Below, piece after piece: positions 35,677-39,556 of a stretch of 39,556 nt of DNA (the stretch's first letter is position 1; each line of letters begins with the position of its first letter). The notes under the pieces are model-generated. The model did not search any database. It was not told the DNA's origin and saw only the letters and a list, made by a program, of their open reading frames with translations. The translations under genes and the position numbers were made by a program. Source of the DNA: Gemmatimonadota bacterium (GTDB taxonomy: Bacteria > Gemmatimonadota > Gemmatimonadetes > Gemmatimonadales > GWC2-71-9); assembly GCA_036679645.1 (NCBI GenBank), contig JAZDCY010000057.1, positions 1 to 39,556 of the forward strand. The letters are read 5' to 3'.

Positions 35677-36903
35677 ATGTCGAGACTACAGAGATGGGTC
35701 CGCACCCTGGCGTTGGCCGGCATTATCGCGGCCCTGGCCGGGACGACTGCGCGGGCGCAGACGCCGGAGGGCACCGTCATCACGAACACGGCGACGGTGA
35801 ACTGGACCGACGCCAACAGCAATTCGTACACCCCGGTCATCGCGAACGTGAGCGTCACGGTCGGATTCCAGGCTGGTATCGACGTGATCGCGGCGGCGGC
35901 CGCGGTGAACCCGGCGTCGCCCAGCACTGCGGACACGCTCACGTTAACGGTGCAGAACATCGGGAACGGCACCGATAGCGTGACGATCTCGGAATCGATC
36001 TCGGTTGGCGGGATCATCACCGTTACCGGCTATCGGTACGGCGTGACCACGTACGCCTCGCTGGCGGCTCTGAACACCGCGCTGTCCAGCGTGGCGATCG
36101 CGCAGGGCGCCAGCATCGCCATCAAGGTGGTCTACGACGTGGCGGCAGGACAGGGTGGTCAGCCGACCGTCTACACCATGACGGCCGCGTCGCGGCGTAC
36201 ACCGGCTGTGTCGGACTTCGACGCCACCACGATCACTCCAGGCGAGACGATCGCTGCGGCGGTGACGCCGGACGGTGCGCAGAACGTGCAGCAGCTGCCA
36301 AGCAACGGCACGAACTACACCTTCACCTTCACCGTGCAGAACAACGGTAACGGGCCGGAAGACTTCGATCTACTGGCGTCAAGCCCCGGTTCGGCGGTGA
36401 TCAGCATCGTGTCGGTGAACGCGGTGGCCGGAGACAGCACGCAAATCAACCTGGCGTCCGGCGTGTCGACGACCATCGACGTCGTGTATTCGGTCGCCGA
36501 CGTACCAGCCGGCAGCACCGACACCCTGAGCTTGCGGGCTCGCTCCGTCACGAACAGCACGATCTTCGATGACGGGTTCGCCGATCTCACGGTGATTCGC
36601 CCGTCGATCACGATTGCCAAGGACGCGTTTCGCGACGACCAGGTGACGCCCATTGGTGCCGGTACGGTCGTTCCGGGTGAGTTCATGCAGTACCGGATTA
36701 CGGTCACCAATGCCGGCGACGCGAACGCATCCACCGTTCACATCGATGACCTCCTACCGGCGGAAGTGGCGTACGTGTCCAACAGTCCCGACGCCGCCGG
36801 TTGGACCATCGTGAACGCTGGGAACGACGTGGATGCAGATCTGTCCGGAACATTAGCGCCCGCCGCAAGCAGGTTCTTCTGGATCCGGGTTCAGGTCAAC
36901 TAG
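35677..36903 (+). CDS. Secreted DUF11 protein, putative major fibre subunit
   Basis: GGGGGAG RBS and signal peptide ending ARA-Q. Mature N-terminus QTPEGTVITNTATVNW, two Ig-like domains, and C-terminal DUF11 IAKDA..PGEFMQYRITVTNAG..IDDLLP..FWIRVQVN*. Confidence 0.88.
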   Translation: MSRLQRWVRTLALAGIIAALAGTTARAQTPEGTVITNTATVNWTDANSNSYTPVIANVSVTVGFQAGIDVIAAAAAVNPASPSTADTLTLTVQNIGNGTDSVTISESISVGGIITVTGYRYGVTTYASLAALNTALSSVAIAQGASIAIKVVYDVAAGQGGQPTVYTMTAASRRTPAVSDFDATTITPGETIAAAVTPDGAQNVQQLPSNGTNYTFTFTVQNNGNGPEDFDLLASSPGSAVISIVSVNAVAGDSTQINLASGVSTTIDVVYSVADVPAGSTDTLSLRARSVTNSTIFDDGFADLTVIRPSITIAKDAFRDDQVTPIGAGTVVPGEFMQYRITVTNAGDANASTVHIDDLLPAEVAYVSNSPDAAGWTIVNAGNDVDADLSGTLAPAASRFFWIRVQVN

Positions 36904-36919
36904 GCGCGGTGAGTCTCCC

Positions 36920-37834
36920 ATGCAGTCGTTCGCCGTACTGCACGGCGAGGCGGCGCAGGGGCACTGTTCCGGTCACGTGATCGGCCGGGTCCTCTGCGCG
37001 CTCGTCGCTCTGGCGCTCATCGCGCCATCGGCGGGGGCGCAGACCCCGGCCGGCACACAAATCAGTTCTCGGGCGCTGGTCAGCTACGAGGACCCGAGCG
37101 GGCTTCAGTACACCGCCGAGTCCAACACGCTCGTCTTGATCGTCGCACAAGCGGCGGGCGTGGACATCGAGGCGCCGCGCTCGACCATCGGTGACCCCGG
37201 AACTACGGTCGTATTCAGTCACACAGTCACGAATATCGGTAACGCCACCGACAGTGTAATGGTCGGTGCCACCTCGCGGGTGGGTTGGCCTACCCGCGTG
37301 CACCTGGACGCGAACGCTGACGGCGCGCTGGATGCAGGTGATCCGCAGATCGTCGGTCCTATCACTCTCTCCATGGGCGAGGCCGCGCCGTTGCTCCTGG
37401 CGGTCGACGTCCCGGGAACGGCTGCCGTCCGCGGTACGGTGGATACCATCGCCGTCACGGCGATGAGTACGACCGACGGGGCCGCATCCGATGCCCTGCA
37501 GAACGTCTTGACCATCCGCGACGTCGGGATCGTCGTTACCCTGAGCAAAGTCGTCGACCGACCGAGCGCCACGACCGGCGATATCCTGACCTATACGATC
37601 AGCTACGCCGTCGTCGGATCGGGTAAGGCCGACAGCCTCGTCATCACCGATCCAATCCCGTTGGGTACGTCCTACGTGCCCGGCACCATGCGATGGAACG
37701 CCGCGCCACTGACCGACACCGACGGCGACGACGCCGGCTTCTTCGATGTTGTCGCCAATCGCGTCGTCTTCCGACCCGGCACGGTCTTTGGCGGGGACAG
37801 CGGAACCGTCACGTTCCAGGTGCGGGTGAGCTGA
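36920..37834 (+). CDS. Secreted DUF11 protein, putative minor subunit
   Basis: Signal peptide ending AGA-Q. QTPAGTQISSRALVSY, DANADGALDAGD acidic loop, and C-terminal LSKVVD..GDILTYTI..ITDPIP..VTFQVRVS*. Confidence 0.88.
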   Translation: MQSFAVLHGEAAQGHCSGHVIGRVLCALVALALIAPSAGAQTPAGTQISSRALVSYEDPSGLQYTAESNTLVLIVAQAAGVDIEAPRSTIGDPGTTVVFSHTVTNIGNATDSVMVGATSRVGWPTRVHLDANADGALDAGDPQIVGPITLSMGEAAPLLLAVDVPGTAAVRGTVDTIAVTAMSTTDGAASDALQNVLTIRDVGIVVTLSKVVDRPSATTGDILTYTISYAVVGSGKADSLVITDPIPLGTSYVPGTMRWNAAPLTDTDGDDAGFFDVVANRVVFRPGTVFGGDSGTVTFQVRVS

Positions 37835-39556
37835 TGTCACACCGCGGGCGGCAGACGTGGTCTCGCGTTTTCGCGCGTCGCACCCTCGAGTCGTGTGCGC
37901 TGGCTGCGGCCGTGCTCGCGTCTACGCGGCTCCAGGCACAGACCGTCCTGTCCAATACGGCCGCGGCGACCTATGAAACGATCGCCGGGAGGGACTCGGT
38001 CGGCTCGAACACCGTCGAGACAACGCTCGTCTTTCCAGACCTCTTTGTCGAGAAGGCGCTCAGCGGTCCCAGCCTGGCGCGGATCGGAGAGGAGGTACGC
38101 TACACGATCCGCTACAGCAACGCCTCGGGCGCGGCAATCGCGCGGAATGTCGAACTGATCGACACGCTGCCGGTCGGACTCGAGTTCGTTTCCTCCCAAC
38201 CGACAGCGCAAGTCGCCGGTCAGATCCTGACATGGAACCTGGGCGATATGGCGCCGGGCGACTCGTCGAGCGTTATGCTCACCGCGCGTGTGAGCGAACA
38301 GGTGCGCGATACCGTGTACGTGCGGAATATGGCGCTGCTCCTGGCACTCAACTCCAGAACAGAGGCGGCTGTCGCCGCAGGCGTTCAGTTGGTAGGCGTG
38401 TTCAGCACACAGCTCTCACTCGAAAAGTCGGCGGATGTGTTGGAGGTGGGCATCGGCGAGACCGCACCCTATACGCTGGTGTTGGAAAACACGGGATCCG
38501 CGCCAATCTCCGATCTGCGCGTTCACGATAGGCTCCCCGAAGGAGCGAGATACGCGAGAGGGAGCGTACTCGGCGCAGACTCGGTCCAGGTCGACGGGCG
38601 CCGCCTGACGCTGTTCATTGCCGGTCCGCTGGCCCCGCGCGCCCGGCATACGGTCCGCTACGCGGTGGCCGTCGTCTCCGCCGAGAGTGACGTCATCGGC
38701 AACACTGCGTACGCCACTGCCGAGGGGGAGTTCGTCCGGTCGGAGGATGTGGTGGCGTGGCTGCGTGTGCGCAGAAGCTGGCCCATGGAGACCCGCGCCG
38801 CGATCGGGAAGGTGTGGGTCGACCTGGATGGTGATGGCGGACAGGATGCCGGCGAGCCGGGCGTTGAGGGCGTGGATGTTTGGACTGACGACGGAGAGGT
38901 TGCAAGTACCGACACCGAGGGCAAGTTCTCGTTCCGCAACCTCCGGCCCGGGCGTCACGTCTTCCGGCTCGACCGAAGCACCGTGCCGGCAGCCTATGGG
39001 CTCCCGCGACAGGGCCCAACTGAAGACCTGGTCGCGTTCGACGCCGACGGCTGGACGACCCCACGTATCAACTTCCAACTCGTACCGCGTGGCGGCAGAG
39101 TCACACAGGTTCATCTCCCCGTCCCCTGGCGCTTCACAGCCCGTCCGCTCGGCGGCAGCCGTCTGGAGACCATGCAGCGCGTGGAAGACGAGCGTCCGAT
39201 ACCGGTTGTCCAGAACCCACTCGCGCTGGCGCGACGCCCGGCCCAGACGCTCACGGAACGGCCCGAGTGCTCCGTCGAGGTCGCCGGGTATGCCGATCCC
39301 CGTCCCATCCGGGGCGACCGGTTTCGGGACAACTGGCAACTGCCCGCTTCCCGAGCTGACTCCGCAGCCCAGCTTGTGAGCGCGCTGGGGGTCCCAGAGC
39401 CCCGGCTGACCGTGCGGGGCTCCGGCGCCACCCAGCCAGTGCCGGCGGGGACAGATCCTCTCTTGCTGAGACTGAAACGGCGTGCCGAGGGCCGGCTCAT
39501 CTGTCCCAAACCGAACACGCTCGTGGCCGAGCGGCCGGTGGTTGAGTACGAGGTAC
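37834..39556 (+). CDS. Large DUF11 x2 + SdrD-B/Cna-like + OmpA/MotB-like protein (partial, runs off window)
   Basis: Not in the ORF track. ATG overlaps the previous stop (TGATG) and the frame is open to the window end. Motifs: QTVLSNTAAATY; VEKALSG..IDTLP..VRNMA; LEKSAD..HDRLP..IGNTAYA; GKVWVDLDGDGGQDAGEPGVEGV..TDTEGKFSF; VEVAGYAD..NWQL..SRA..LGVPEPRLTVRGSGATQPV..KRR. Confidence 0.88.
   Translation, partial: MSHRGRQTWSRVFARRTLESCALAAAVLASTRLQAQTVLSNTAAATYETIAGRDSVGSNTVETTLVFPDLFVEKALSGPSLARIGEEVRYTIRYSNASGAAIARNVELIDTLPVGLEFVSSQPTAQVAGQILTWNLGDMAPGDSSSVMLTARVSEQVRDTVYVRNMALLLALNSRTEAAVAAGVQLVGVFSTQLSLEKSADVLEVGIGETAPYTLVLENTGSAPISDLRVHDRLPEGARYARGSVLGADSVQVDGRRLTLFIAGPLAPRARHTVRYAVAVVSAESDVIGNTAYATAEGEFVRSEDVVAWLRVRRSWPMETRAAIGKVWVDLDGDGGQDAGEPGVEGVDVWTDDGEVASTDTEGKFSFRNLRPGRHVFRLDRSTVPAAYGLPRQGPTEDLVAFDADGWTTPRINFQLVPRGGRVTQVHLPVPWRFTARPLGGSRLETMQRVEDERPIPVVQNPLALARRPAQTLTERPECSVEVAGYADPRPIRGDRFRDNWQLPASRADSAAQLVSALGVPEPRLTVRGSGATQPVPAGTDPLLLRLKRRAEGRLICPKPNTLVAERPVVEYEV

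Noticed and set aside
37837..39518. Track ORFs 38416..39339, 38618..39379 and similar
   Set aside because: Shadows of the open frame starting at ATG 37834.

Overview
High-GC bacterial DNA. The gene repertoire and repeat style suggest Gemmatimonadota (inference only). The window has three zones. (1) 1-19522, minus strand: one giant lipoprotein/adhesin gene that the ORF track misses. It is over 6,500 aa and runs off the left edge. It has a lipobox, a BACON-like and a PPC-like domain, three FN3-like repeats and about 56 Ig-like repeats of 105/107 aa, and it is split by a 1-nt frameshift at 18510-18512. (2) 19.7-30.5 kb: metabolic and redox genes (SDR, Glu/Leu/Phe/Val dehydrogenase, DUF1028, YyaL-like, ATP-grasp, Cys-tailed MarR with two operators, 7Fe ferredoxin, Cu nitrite reductase), mixed with three broken genes (cupin, NifU-like, BrxA/B). 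(3) 30.8 kb to the end: a sensor-less sigma-54 activator followed by five secreted DUF11-family genes. The main candidate discovery is in zone 3. Three of these proteins end in a Lys/Asp-bearing DUF11 domain that lacks its last Asn-bearing strand(s), and three begin with exactly that strand (two proteins do both). This architecture predicts a donor-strand-complemented, possibly isopeptide-crosslinked fimbria with tip adhesin, major and minor pilins and an envelope anchor. All calls come from reading the sequence by eye; no searches were run.
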